Counted from the first letter of the stretch, positions 1-10,068 are shown. The stretch: 64,000 bases of DNA from an uncultured Desulfarculus sp. (GCA_963665125.2 CAXXUK010000001.1:640001-704000), one strand, 5' to 3'. The notes: generated from the sequence alone by a model not told the origin. Numbers and translations: made by a program.

Positions 1-505
1 AGCGGTCCAGGGCCTCGTCGATGCTCACGGCGTCCACCTGGGCCATGTGCACCACCTCGGTGGGCGACAGGCCGTGGATGTTGATATTGAAGTTGGCCTT
101 GATGTGCCGGAAGAGTTCGCAGGTCTTGGCCACGCCGATCTGCGGATGGTGGCCACCCTGGATCAGAATCTGTGTGCCGCCCAACTCGATGGTTTCGGCG
201 ATCTTGCGGTCCAGTTCATCGCGGTCCAGCACATAGCCCTGGCCGCTTTCGGGCGTCCGGTAAAAGGCGCAGAAGCGACAGGCCGAGATGCAGATGTTGG
301 TGGTGTTGATGTTGCGGTCCACCACATAGGTCACCACCGGCTCAGGATTGTGCATCAACCGGGCGCGGTGGGCCAGCCTGGCCAGGGTGTGCAGCGGGGC
401 CTCGGTCAACAGGACCAGGGCCTGTTCTTCAGTTAATCTGCGACCCTCTTTGGCCGTGGCCAGGGCGTCATCGAGTGGATGGGCCGCTGCGGCGGCTGCC
501 TGCAC
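1..505 (-). CDS. mqnC: Cyclic dehypoxanthine futalosine synthase, radical SAM (5' part; runs off the left window edge)
   Basis: Not in ORF track. Manual minus-strand translation from GTG at 505 gives ...VVTYVVDRNINTTNICISACRFCAFYR...GGTQILIQGGHHP, with a CxxxCxxC motif; lies directly downstream of mqnE. Confidence 0.85.
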   Translation of the reverse strand, partial: MQAAAAAAHPLDDALATAKEGRRLTEEQALVLLTEAPLHTLARLAHRARLMHNPEPVVTYVVDRNINTTNICISACRFCAFYRTPESGQGYVLDRDELDRKIAETIELGGTQILIQGGHHPQIGVAKTCELFRHIKANFNINIHGLSPTEVVHMAQVDAVSIDEALDR

Positions 506-507
506 GC

Positions 508-1677
508 TCAGTCCTCCACCGTGTTGTAAAAGGCGTCGCGGCGCACGGGCTCGAAACCGGCGGCCTGGATCATGCCCCGGAGTTCGCTCTCGGTGAGTCC
601 CTGAGCCGTGGTGGCTCCGGCGTCGTGGGTGATGTGCTCCTCGACGATGGTGCCGTCCATGTCGTCGGCCCCGTAGCCCAGGGCCACCTGGGCCAGTTTG
701 GGGCTTAACATGACCCAGTAGGCCTTGATGTGAGGGAAGTTGTCCAGCATCAGGCGGCTGGTGGCCATGACCCGCAGGTCCTCCAGGGCCGTGGTTTGGC
801 TCAGGTGCGCGAGCTTGGTGTTTTGCGGATGGAACGACAGGGGGATGAACGCCGAAAATCCGCCGGTCTTGTCCTGTTGTTCGCGCAGGGCCAGCAGATG
901 CTCCACACGCTCGGCGGGCGTTTCGATATGCCCGTAGAGCATGGTGGCGTTGGTCTGGACGCCCTTGAGGTGGGCCTTGCCGGCGATCTCCAGCCAGCGC
1001 TGGCCGCTAGGCTTCAGCGGACAGAGCTTGGCCCGCACCCTGGGCGAGAAAACCTCGGCCCCGCCACCTGGCATGGCCTTCAGACCTGCCGCGATGAGTT
1101 CGTCAAGGGTGTCGTCAATGCTCAGGCCCGCGGCCTCGGCGATGTGGTGGATCTCCACGCAGGTAAAGGCCTTCAGGGCCGCTTCGGGCCTGACCTTTTG
1201 CAGGGCCCGGAGAAGCTCCGGGTAATAGCTGAAGGGCAGGTCGGGGTGGCAGGAGCCCACCACGTGCAGTTCTTCCAGGGGCAATTGCGGGTTTTCCGCC
1301 GCCTTGGAGGCCGCGAACCGGGTGGTCATGGTCTGGGCTCCGGCGTCGTCCTTTTCCCGCCAGAAGGCGCAAAAGGCGCAACGGTTGGAGCAGATGTTGG
1401 AGTAGTTGATGTGACGGTTGCGCACGTAGTACGACACCTCACCGTTTTTGGCCAGCCGGGCCATGTGGGCCAGGTGTCCCAGACCGGTGAGGTCTCGGGT
1501 GGTCATCAGGCGCATGCCGTCTTCGAAGTCCAGACGCCGCCCTTCGGCCAGTTTGCGACCAACGGTGACCAGGGCCTGATCGTCGATCATGGCAAAGTCC
1601 ACCTCCAGGGGAGGCAGAAGCTGGGTGAAACCAAAAGGATTATCCCCGAAGTTGTCTTTGGCTGTATTGCCGAGCAT
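508..1677 (-). CDS. mqnE: Aminofutalosine synthase, radical SAM
   Basis: HINYSNICSNRCAFCAF, PGGGAEVF, NATMLYGHIET, HIKAYWVM motifs; start uncertain (1707/1677/1590). Confidence 0.85.
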   Translation of the reverse strand: MLGNTAKDNFGDNPFGFTQLLPPLEVDFAMIDDQALVTVGRKLAEGRRLDFEDGMRLMTTRDLTGLGHLAHMARLAKNGEVSYYVRNRHINYSNICSNRCAFCAFWREKDDAGAQTMTTRFAASKAAENPQLPLEELHVVGSCHPDLPFSYYPELLRALQKVRPEAALKAFTCVEIHHIAEAAGLSIDDTLDELIAAGLKAMPGGGAEVFSPRVRAKLCPLKPSGQRWLEIAGKAHLKGVQTNATMLYGHIETPAERVEHLLALREQQDKTGGFSAFIPLSFHPQNTKLAHLSQTTALEDLRVMATSRLMLDNFPHIKAYWVMLSPKLAQVALGYGADDMDGTIVEEHITHDAGATTAQGLTESELRGMIQAAGFEPVRRDAFYNTVED

Positions 1678-1859
1678 TGTTAACCTCTTGCGGGTTTGTG
1701 TGACCACGTGGTCATTGGGCTGAGCCAGAAAAAACCAGCCGCTGTGACCAGATGGTCATAATACTATGCTCGGCAGGGAGAATTGGCAAGGAGTTTTATG
1801 CTAAAATCCCCAAACGGTTCGTCATGTCAGGTTTGTTTAACGCTCCACGCTTTTAGGAG

Positions 1860-3056
1860 ATGGTGATGCCCCAGCGCCCCCTGCTTTCATTGTGCATGAT
1901 AGCCAAGAACGAAGAGCGCTGGCTGCCCGTGTGTCTGGGCAGTGCCCAACCCTGGGTGGACGAGATAGTCTTGGTCGATACCGGCTCAACGGATGCCACT
2001 GTGCGAATCGCCGGGCAATACGGGGCCAAGGTTTTTCAGCACCCCTGGCAAAACGATTTCGCCCTGCACCGCAACCAGTCGTTGGAATACGCCACCGGCC
2101 AATGGCTTTTGGTGGTCGATGCCGACGAAGAGCTTGATCGGTCGACAATGTCTCAGCTTAGACCGTTTCTGGAAGACGCCGCCGAGGATTGCCTTTTGGT
2201 GCGTATCAAGCATCTGGCCGCCGACGGCTCGGCCTCCTGGCAGCTCACACCCCGCTTGATCCGGGCCGACTCGGGGCTCCGCTTCGCTGGCCGCATCCAT
2301 GAAGATGTCCAGGGCGGGGGAAATACACGAACCGCACCGGTCACCCTGATTCACCACGGTTTTGCCCAGGGCGCCGAGGTGCAGGCCGCCAAGGCCCGGC
2401 GCAACCTGGATATCATCCGGCAATGGATCGAGCAGGAGCCGGATAATTTTTCAGCCCGGGCCTATCTGGCCCAGTCGCTGATGGCCGGGGCCGGTAAACC
2501 CGACCAGACCGAACAGGCGGCCCGGACGGCCCTGGATATCGGCAGGCGTTTCGGCGTTGCCCCCGCCCAATTGAGCCGGGCCTACCACCCCTTGCTTATG
2601 GCCCTGACCGCCCAGCGCCGGTTTGACGACTTGATCGCCGCGGCCAATCAATGCCTGAGCGTTTTGCCGCAATACCCGGACCCTCTCTATTGCCTTAGCT
2701 GGGCCTTTTTCGAGATGGGCCGCTGGTCGTCGGTGTGCCGCCAGTGCCGCCGCTTCGTGGAGATGCAGGACCATTGGCGGGTCAATTTCGCGGCCTACCC
2801 CTATCCGCACAACCTCAGCGCGGGCCTGTACGCCGATGTTCTGGCCCGTTGGGTCATCGCCGCCGCCCATCTGAAGCGAGAGCCGGAGGCCGTGGACGCA
2901 TTTGAGCGTTTAATTCATGATGACCGTGCCGAGCCGTTCGCCCGTCAAGTGTTGTCCCTGCTGATCAGCCAGGACCCTCTGGGTCTGGGGGCGCGCCTGG
3001 GGGCCATGGCCGCCGGGGCCCATCCGGAATGGCGCTGGCTACAGGTCGCCCATTAA
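1860..3056 (+). CDS. GT2 glycosyltransferase with TPR-like C-terminus
   Basis: LSLCMIAKNEE...VDTGSTD...DADE motifs followed by a helical repeat region. Confidence 0.85.
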   Translation: MVMPQRPLLSLCMIAKNEERWLPVCLGSAQPWVDEIVLVDTGSTDATVRIAGQYGAKVFQHPWQNDFALHRNQSLEYATGQWLLVVDADEELDRSTMSQLRPFLEDAAEDCLLVRIKHLAADGSASWQLTPRLIRADSGLRFAGRIHEDVQGGGNTRTAPVTLIHHGFAQGAEVQAAKARRNLDIIRQWIEQEPDNFSARAYLAQSLMAGAGKPDQTEQAARTALDIGRRFGVAPAQLSRAYHPLLMALTAQRRFDDLIAAANQCLSVLPQYPDPLYCLSWAFFEMGRWSSVCRQCRRFVEMQDHWRVNFAAYPYPHNLSAGLYADVLARWVIAAAHLKREPEAVDAFERLIHDDRAEPFARQVLSLLISQDPLGLGARLGAMAAGAHPEWRWLQVAH

Positions 3057-3090
3057 AAAACGGGGCCCCTTTCGGAGCCCCGCTTTCATT
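3055..3090. terminator. Bidirectional intrinsic terminator
   Basis: A-run, cggggc...gccccg stem, T-rich tail between convergent genes. Confidence 0.7.
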
Positions 3091-3104
3091 ATTTCCCGTG
3101 ATAC

Positions 3105-4136
3105 TTAGAGCCAGTCGACGAGGATGATGCCGATGCCGACGCGGTTTACATAGTGGTCGTAGTCGATGAGGCTTTCGCCGTAGCCGCCGAAGTACTGCAC
3201 ATAGCCCTTGAGATATGGGTAGTCGAATATCGGGAAGCTCCAGCCAGCTTCGATGGCGCCCCGCTGGAAGCCCGATTGTACGTTGTTGCGCGACATCAGG
3301 CTGAAAACGTGGTCGTCCAGCTTGTAAGACAAGCGAAGTTCATAGTTGCCCAGGTAATCGGTGATTTCCGGGTTGTCGTCATCGGCGGCGCTTTCCGGGA
3401 TGCGGAACCACGGTTTGAAGCTGACTACGACATTGCCCCTTTCCAGGATGAATTCGGCGAAGATCCTGTTCCAACTACGGGAGAGCACTCCGCCCTGACC
3501 GTTGGATTGATGCACGATGCCCATGCGGGCCACGGCGCTTTCAAATCCGAGAAGATCGTAATCGGTATCCCACTGGGCCCAAAATTCCGGCTCGTGGTTG
3601 GTTTCCCTGAACGGCGATGAAATGTCGCCATTATAGAATTGCCAAAAAGAGCGGTTGGTATAAGCGCCCCAAAGGCTCACGTTCCATTTGAACAGGTCGG
3701 TCGCCAGCGGCGTCTTGATGCTTATCTGGAATTGCACTTCGTCATTGTCCGCTTCGATACTGTCATCGCGGTACTGCTGCTGGTAGGGCGTGGAATCATA
3801 ACCGACGAAGTTATATGCATAAAAAAGGAAATAGTTGGGCTTGTGAGCCATGAGGGTAAACGGCTTCAGGACGTTGCTCTGGTCTATTTCTTTTCGCTCG
3901 GCCACCAATTGGCCGGGTTCCGGGGCCTTGTCCTGTTTGGCCTGCTCCACCACGGACTGCTGCTTGCGGCATTGGGCCCTGGCTTCGCCGATGGTCAATT
4001 CGTCGCCGGCGTCACGCATTTTTTGAAGCATGCAACGCTCGTAATCGCTGAGCGTCTGGGCTTGGGCGCTCAAAGGCAAGGCGGCGCAAATCAGAACTAC
4101 AAGCAGGACGATCGGTAACATGGAAGGGCGTTTCAT
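3105..4136 (-). CDS. pldA: Outer membrane phospholipase A1
   Basis: SPFRETNHEPE and HQSNG...SRSWNR motifs, signal peptide; ATG 4136 has a GGAG RBS. Confidence 0.9.
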   Translation of the reverse strand: MKRPSMLPIVLLVVLICAALPLSAQAQTLSDYERCMLQKMRDAGDELTIGEARAQCRKQQSVVEQAKQDKAPEPGQLVAERKEIDQSNVLKPFTLMAHKPNYFLFYAYNFVGYDSTPYQQQYRDDSIEADNDEVQFQISIKTPLATDLFKWNVSLWGAYTNRSFWQFYNGDISSPFRETNHEPEFWAQWDTDYDLLGFESAVARMGIVHQSNGQGGVLSRSWNRIFAEFILERGNVVVSFKPWFRIPESAADDDNPEITDYLGNYELRLSYKLDDHVFSLMSRNNVQSGFQRGAIEAGWSFPIFDYPYLKGYVQYFGGYGESLIDYDHYVNRVGIGIILVDWL

Positions 4137-4294
4137 AGGGATCTCCATCAAATGCTTGGGCCGCCGGGATGTCCGGCTTCCATGATCAAAGTTGATGTTA
4201 TCGTTGCGTTGGGCTGGCAAGAATTGTGGAATACTAAAACAACGGCAAGTTATTTGTCAAATCATAGTGATTTTCAATGCCTTGATGCATAAAT

Positions 4295-4330
4295 AAAGAA
4301 ACCCCCTGCGGATGTGGCAGGGGGCTTTTC
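4295..4330 (-). terminator. Intrinsic terminator after aconitase
   Basis: ccccctgc/gcaggggg 8-bp stem with flanking A/T runs. Confidence 0.75.
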
Positions 4331-4348
4331 GCATTATTCGGGTGAGTG

Positions 4349-6265
4349 CTATAAGGCGTTTTTGATGTGGTTGAGCCTGCCGCCGGCGGCCAGGATTTGC
4401 CTGTCGCGGTCGGTGGCCTCCAAAAGCAACTCCACGGGCTTGCCGTCAACCAGGGCGGTCAGTTTTTCCGCGCCGCTGACAATGGCGTCTTTGAAGCCCG
4501 TGAATTCGATTTGCTGGCCTTCGTCCAACGCTTCGTAATCGGCCGGGTCGGCGAACACCAGTGGCACGATGCCGAAGTTGATCAGGTTGGCCTTGTGGAT
4601 GCGGGCGAAGCTCTTGGCGATCTTGACCTGCACGCCCAGATAGCGCGGAGCCAGGGCGGCGTGTTCGCGGCTGGAACCCTGGCCGTAGTTGTCGCCGCCG
4701 ACCACCACGGCCGGCGCGGCCTGTTGGGCCTTTTGGGGGAAATCCGGATCCACGGCGTTGTAGACGAACTGGCTGATGGCCGGGACATTGGAACGCAGGG
4801 GCAATATCTTGCTGCCGGCGGGCATGATATGGTCGGTGGTGATGTTGTCTCCGACCTTGAGCACCACCGTGCAGGCCAGGTCCGCAGCCAGGGGCTCCAG
4901 GTCCGGGAACGGCGCGATGTTGGGTCCGCGCACGACTTCAACGCCGCTGCCGTCGGCGGGCGGCTCCACCAGGGCGTCGGGCCGCACATCCGGCGGAGCC
5001 GGTATGACGATGGGCTCGCCCAGTTTGCGTGGGTCGGCAAGATGGCCGGCCAGTGCCGTGGCCGCGGCCACTTCCGGGCCGGTGAGGTATACCTGGTCGC
5101 CAACCGTGCCGGAGCGTCCGGGGAAGTTGCGGGGGAAGGTGCGCACGCTGGCCGAACCCGTGGCCGGTGCCTGGCTCATGCCGATGCAGCCCAGACAGCC
5201 CGCCTGGTGCAGGCGCACGCCGGAATCGAGCATGTCCATCAGGGCGCCGTTGGCCGTGACCTGGGCCAGGGCCTGGCGCGAACCGGGGTTGACCGACAGG
5301 CTCACGCCCGGAGCCAGCTGTTTGCCCTTCAACGCCAGGGCGATGGTCATCAGGTCCTCATAGCTGCCGCCGCCGCAAGAGCCGACGATAACCTGTTCCA
5401 CGGCGATGTCTTCCAGCTCGCTGACAGGCTTGACCGCATCCGGACTGGAAGGGCAGGCGACCAGGGGCACCAACTGCGAGAGGTCGATTTCCTCGATATC
5501 GTCGTAGTGAGCGCCCTCATCGGGCAACAACTCCTGCCAGGCCTCGGGCCTGCCCTGGGCCTCCAGAAAGGCCTTGGTGTTGGCGTCGCTGGGGAACACG
5601 CTGCCGGTGGCGCCCAGTTCGGCGCCCATGTTGGTGATGGCGGACCGCTGCAACACGCCAAGGGTTGTCACGCCGGGGCCGAAATATTCCACGACAAAGC
5701 CAAGGCCGCCCTTAACCGAGCGCCGCTTGAGCATTTCCAGAATTACATCCTTGGCGCCCACCCACGGCGACAGTTGGCCTGTGAGCTTCACGCCCAGGAC
5801 CTTGGGGCAGACCAGGAAAAAAGGCTGTCCGGCCATGGCCGCGGCAACGTCCAGGCCTCCGGCACCCATGGCCAGCATACCCAGGCCGCCGCCGTGGGGC
5901 GTGTGGGAGTCCGAACCCAGCAGGGTAGCGCCCGGACGGCCGAAATTCAGAAGATGAAGCTGGTGGCAGATGCCGTTGCCCGGCGGGGAAAACCACAGGC
6001 CGTAGCGGGCGGCGATGGAGCGCAGGAAGCGGTGGTCGTCGGGATTTTTAAAGTCGGTTTGCAGGATGTTGTGATCCACATATGAAACCGAAACCTCTGT
6101 CCGCACCCGGTCCAGGCCCAGGGCCTCGAACTCCAGGGCTGCCAGAGTTCCGGTGGCGTCCTGGGTCAGGGTCTGATCGATGCGCAGGCCGATCTCCGCA
6201 CCCGGTATGAACTCGCCTTGTACGAGGTGTTGCTCGATTATTTTCTGCACCAGTGTTTTGGGCAT
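4349..6265 (-). CDS. acn: Aconitate hydratase (short, ~640 aa type)
   Basis: QDATGT, GSDSHT, GSC, CLGCIG, NITTDHI, NYGQGSSREHAA motifs. Confidence 0.9.
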   Translation of the reverse strand: MPKTLVQKIIEQHLVQGEFIPGAEIGLRIDQTLTQDATGTLAALEFEALGLDRVRTEVSVSYVDHNILQTDFKNPDDHRFLRSIAARYGLWFSPPGNGICHQLHLLNFGRPGATLLGSDSHTPHGGGLGMLAMGAGGLDVAAAMAGQPFFLVCPKVLGVKLTGQLSPWVGAKDVILEMLKRRSVKGGLGFVVEYFGPGVTTLGVLQRSAITNMGAELGATGSVFPSDANTKAFLEAQGRPEAWQELLPDEGAHYDDIEEIDLSQLVPLVACPSSPDAVKPVSELEDIAVEQVIVGSCGGGSYEDLMTIALALKGKQLAPGVSLSVNPGSRQALAQVTANGALMDMLDSGVRLHQAGCLGCIGMSQAPATGSASVRTFPRNFPGRSGTVGDQVYLTGPEVAAATALAGHLADPRKLGEPIVIPAPPDVRPDALVEPPADGSGVEVVRGPNIAPFPDLEPLAADLACTVVLKVGDNITTDHIMPAGSKILPLRSNVPAISQFVYNAVDPDFPQKAQQAAPAVVVGGDNYGQGSSREHAALAPRYLGVQVKIAKSFARIHKANLINFGIVPLVFADPADYEALDEGQQIEFTGFKDAIVSGAEKLTALVDGKPVELLLEATDRDRQILAAGGRLNHIKNAL

Positions 6266-6358
6266 GGTTTTCTCCCACTGGGTTGTTTGCTTGAATTTCG
6301 CCTTTATCCAGGTGGCCCCGGCATTTTACGTAAAGCCCGGCACCGCCGCAACCCCGGA

Positions 6359-6395
6359 TAAAAAAATGAACACCGACCCGAAAGGCCGGTGTTCA
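6359..6395 (-). terminator. Intrinsic terminator after small hypothetical gene
   Basis: tgaacaccg/cggtgttca stem followed on the minus strand by a T run. Confidence 0.75.
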
Positions 6396-6464
6396 GGGGG
6401 TTGGGGTATTCCAAGACGTCAAACCGAGGGGGGGACGGCTTGACGTCCGTTGGGGTCTAGAGTG

Positions 6465-6761
6465 TCATGCGACCTTGGTGCTGATTTCAGTTTGGAGTCT
6501 GGCACCTATTTCGCAATTACGGCACGGAATCAGATTCATTTTGAATACGAACACATGAAACGGTTCCGCTCCGATATTGGCATACCTGGGCTCGTTTGCC
6601 GTTGCATGACGCTTGGCGCAGGCCGTTTTGGTCAGCTTTAACCCGCCGGGCTGATGCGGACACTGGATAAGCATTTCCGGGTTGTCCTGCAGCCACTTGT
6701 CAACATCAATTCGAGGGACGAAGTTTGACTTTGCCTTGCGTGTATTCCTTCTGCGCTTCAT
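6465..6761 (-). CDS. Small basic hypothetical protein with four Cys (possible Zn binding)
   Basis: ATG 6761 with GGAG RBS; CPHQPG...TAC...CRNC; own promoter and terminator. Confidence 0.65.
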   Translation of the reverse strand: MKRRRNTRKAKSNFVPRIDVDKWLQDNPEMLIQCPHQPGGLKLTKTACAKRHATANEPRYANIGAEPFHVFVFKMNLIPCRNCEIGARLQTEISTKVA

Positions 6762-6799
6762 TTGGCCGTCTCCTGCATATGATATTGCCCGTTTATACA

Positions 6800-6816
6800 A
6801 GCAAGAGGTATGCCAT
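6800..6816 (-). promoter_or_regulatory. sigma54 -24/-12 promoter
   Basis: Minus strand TGGCAT-ACCTC-TTGCT matches TGGCAC-N5-TTGC. Confidence 0.75.
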
Positions 6817-7112
6817 GATTCTCAAATGAATGTCTGTTCAGTGGAAGCTCTTTAAATTACAGCAAAATGAAAAAATCGCCCCTTTGGGTGCTTGTTTGGT
6901 AGAATAAAATTATCCATCAGAGACATATCAATATGCGTTATTGGATGCGTCCGTTTTAAGACATATGCCGAATATCGAACAATTTGGGGTTTCCGCAGTT
7001 AAATAGATTCAATTTGGCTCATGAAGGGCGATTCATTCCTAAAATATGTCGAAAACAGGACACCAGTTGCAAGGGGGAGAAATGTAACTATCTGAAATAG
7101 CAGACGCATCTT

Positions 7113-7129
7113 TTGGCATCATGATTGCA
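7113..7129 (+). promoter_or_regulatory. sigma54 -24/-12 promoter
   Basis: TTGGCAT-CATGA-TTGCA about 40 nt upstream of ATG 7171. Confidence 0.75.
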
Positions 7130-7170
7130 ACTAAACTACTAGTTTATTGGTTGTTTGGGAGCGAGGTGAA

Positions 7171-7548
7171 ATGATGATCAAGGTGATTGTCTTGGAGTCG
7201 GATCCAACTCTGGCTTGGCTGCTTCGCGAGGAACTAGAAGACGCCGGCTTCGGGGTACGGTTGTGCCGGGATCTGCATCATGCCCAGTCCGCCTTGGGAA
7301 CGGAGCCGGTCGATATTCTGCTGTCCGACGTTTGCAACGCGGATGCTCACCTGGCCGACGCACTCGGGGTGCTGGGCAAGATACACCATTGCAGTGTGGT
7401 TCTCCTGGGCCCCAAAGACCGTTCTCCGGTTTGCTCGGGTGATCCGGTGATGCTGCGCAAGTCCTCCGATCTTCAGCCGTTGATCAAATTCCTGAGGGGA
7501 CAGGCCGCCAAGGCGCTGTGGTTGAGATCAACACCGGCCAACGCATAA
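7171..7548 (+). CDS. Stand-alone atypical receiver-domain protein
   Basis: KVIVLESD...DILLSD...K pattern; GAGG RBS. Confidence 0.65.
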   Translation: MMIKVIVLESDPTLAWLLREELEDAGFGVRLCRDLHHAQSALGTEPVDILLSDVCNADAHLADALGVLGKIHHCSVVLLGPKDRSPVCSGDPVMLRKSSDLQPLIKFLRGQAAKALWLRSTPANA

Positions 7549-7646
7549 CCGCATAATTTGCCCGCCTGTTTGCCGCGTACGCCCATTATTGTGTTATCCT
7601 AAATTACAACGCACTAATACTGTTATCTCTTTCAGTTGGAGATCAA

Positions 7647-10058
7647 ATGGCCCGAGTGTATCCCCGCACCCTGACCGTGCAAGAATTGAGACGTTTGTTC
7701 GACCCCAATAACGTTCCATTTGAAACCAGCCAGGATTCGCCTGAATGTATTGAGAAAGTGATCGGCCAAAAGAGGGCCAAGGAAGCCCTGGAGTTGGGCC
7801 TGTCGATCAAAAACATGGATTTTCACGTCTATGTCGCCGGACCCCAGAGGACGGGCAAGACAAATTTAGTGAAAAGCTTTGTCGAAAAACTCGCCGTCAA
7901 TCAGTCCCCGCCCTCGGATTGGGTCTATGTTCATAATTTCCGAACGCCTGAAAAACCCCGCTGTCTGCGTTTTCCGCCGGGCGGCGGCAGGGGCTTTGCC
8001 AAGGAAATGGCGGCTCTGATTGAAAGCGTGCAGACAAAACTGCCCGAGATATTTGAAAGCGCAGAATACAACCGGCAAAGGGAAGCCATCGTATCCCAAT
8101 TCAAGAGACGCCGGGCCGATATTTTTCAAGAATTGGACAAGTTGGCCAGGGAACAGGGATATGTCCTTCGCTTCGAGCCCACCGGAATTGTTGTTGCGCC
8201 GGCAAACGAGGAGGGTGAGCAACTCCCCGAGCAGACCATCCGGGAAATGAGCGATGAACAGCGCGAGGAACTGCGCGCCCGTAGTGACTTGATCCAACAA
8301 AAAGTGTCCGAGAGCCTGCGACTGGTTTCCAATCATGAAAAAAGCCTCAATGAAGCGCTGGCCAACATGGACAAAGAGTTGGTGCTTTACGCGGTGGGCC
8401 ACATCTTTGAAGAGCTTTTCGATAAATACGGCGAACTGCGCGACGTGTTGGTCTATCTGGAGCAGGTCAGGACCGACCTTGTGGAGAACTACAAGCGCTT
8501 CGTGAAAAAGGAGGAGCCCCAACTGCCGTTCATGGTGCCCCAGAGCGGCCCCGAGAGCTCCCCGGAATACAAGGTCAATGTGTTGATCGACAACTCCGAG
8601 GCCCAGGGCGCGCCGGTGATTGTCGAGACAAACCCGACATTTCCCAACTTGTTCGGCCGCATCGAGCGTCAGGCCCAGTTCGGCACGCTTATCACCGACT
8701 TCACCATGCTGAGGCCCGGAGCCCTGCACAAGGCCAATGGCGGCTACCTTGTTTTACCCATTCGAGAATTGCTTATGTACTGGCTGCCTTGGGCCGGCCT
8801 GAAAAGGGCCTTGCAGGACAGGCAGGTGACCATCGAAGACGTCATGGACCAACTGGGCTATATGGTAACCCGCAGCTTGCAGCCCGAGCCCATACCGCTG
8901 GACCTGAAGGTCATATTGGTTGGGGAGACCCAGGTTTTCCAGATTCTGCAAATCCATGACAACCAGTTTTCCAAGATGTTCAAAGTTAAGGCAGAGATGT
9001 CCGATAGGATGTACTGGGAAAACGCGGAAATAGGTAACCTGATGAGCCATCTTTGCAAGTTTGTCAAAGAACGCAGGCTTAACCCGTTGCATCGCACCGG
9101 CGTGGCGCGCCTTGTTGAATTGGGCGCCGAATTGGCTGACGACAGGGAGCGCCTGACCTTGCGCTTGGCTGAAGTGGAGGATGTGCTGATCGAGGCTTCG
9201 TATCTGTCGTCGGCCGAAAAGCACGAATACATCGATGACAAGGACGTGGAGAAGGCCATAGCCGGCAGGCGGCGCCGGGTTTCGATGATAGATGAACGCC
9301 TGCAGGAGTCGATCACCAGGGGCTTTATAAACATCAACACAAAGGGCGCCGAAGTCGGCCAGATCAACGGCCTGGCCGTATTCCAGACCGGCGATTACAT
9401 GTTCGGCAAGCCCAGCCGCATCTCGGCCACCGTGGGCTTGGGTAAGGACGGCGTGGTGGCCCTGGACCGGGAAAGCGACCTCAGTGGGCCTTTTCACACT
9501 AAGGGCGTGCTGATCCTGGGCGGATTCTTGACCAAGCGCTTTGCCGCGCGCATGCCTTTGTCGCTTTCGGCCAGCCTGGTCTTTGAACAGAGCTATTCCA
9601 TGATCGACGGTGACTCGGCCTCGGTGGCCGAGGCTCTGGCCCTGATGTCGGCCATCGCCGATATTCCCCTGCGTCAGGATCTGGCCATCACCGGCTCCAT
9701 CAGCCAGAGCGGTCAGGTTCAGGCCATCGGCGGAGTTAACCACAAGATTGAAGGCTTTTTCAGGGTATGCGTGGCCAGGGGCCTAACCGGCAGCCAGGGC
9801 GTGGTCATTCCGGCCAGCAATATAAAAAACCTCATGCTTCATCCGGACATCGTCGCGGCCGTGGAACAGGGCAGGTTCGCCGTGCATGCCGTGGAAACCG
9901 TTGACCAGGCCCTGGAACTGTTCACGGGTAAAAAGGCAGGCAAACGAAACAAGCAGGGCAACTTCCCCAGGGGGTCGGTAAACCTGGCCGTGGAAAAGAA
10001 ATTGGCCGAGATGCACGAGATAGTCCGCAAATTGAGCCAAGGCAAAAACGGCAAATAA
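7647..10058 (+). CDS. LonC-type (S16) Lon-like protease
   Basis: PGALHKANGGYL, VGQINGLAV, DGDSAS (catalytic Ser), KIEGFF (Lys). Confidence 0.9.
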   Translation: MARVYPRTLTVQELRRLFDPNNVPFETSQDSPECIEKVIGQKRAKEALELGLSIKNMDFHVYVAGPQRTGKTNLVKSFVEKLAVNQSPPSDWVYVHNFRTPEKPRCLRFPPGGGRGFAKEMAALIESVQTKLPEIFESAEYNRQREAIVSQFKRRRADIFQELDKLAREQGYVLRFEPTGIVVAPANEEGEQLPEQTIREMSDEQREELRARSDLIQQKVSESLRLVSNHEKSLNEALANMDKELVLYAVGHIFEELFDKYGELRDVLVYLEQVRTDLVENYKRFVKKEEPQLPFMVPQSGPESSPEYKVNVLIDNSEAQGAPVIVETNPTFPNLFGRIERQAQFGTLITDFTMLRPGALHKANGGYLVLPIRELLMYWLPWAGLKRALQDRQVTIEDVMDQLGYMVTRSLQPEPIPLDLKVILVGETQVFQILQIHDNQFSKMFKVKAEMSDRMYWENAEIGNLMSHLCKFVKERRLNPLHRTGVARLVELGAELADDRERLTLRLAEVEDVLIEASYLSSAEKHEYIDDKDVEKAIAGRRRRVSMIDERLQESITRGFININTKGAEVGQINGLAVFQTGDYMFGKPSRISATVGLGKDGVVALDRESDLSGPFHTKGVLILGGFLTKRFAARMPLSLSASLVFEQSYSMIDGDSASVAEALALMSAIADIPLRQDLAITGSISQSGQVQAIGGVNHKIEGFFRVCVARGLTGSQGVVIPASNIKNLMLHPDIVAAVEQGRFAVHAVETVDQALELFTGKKAGKRNKQGNFPRGSVNLAVEKKLAEMHEIVRKLSQGKNGK

Positions 10059-10068
10059 GTCAAATACG

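Noticed and set aside
4367..6085. Long antisense ORFs (also 13057-14382, 24402-25613, 34099-35211, 35762-37282)
   Set aside because: Shadow frames of well-supported high-GC genes, with no motifs
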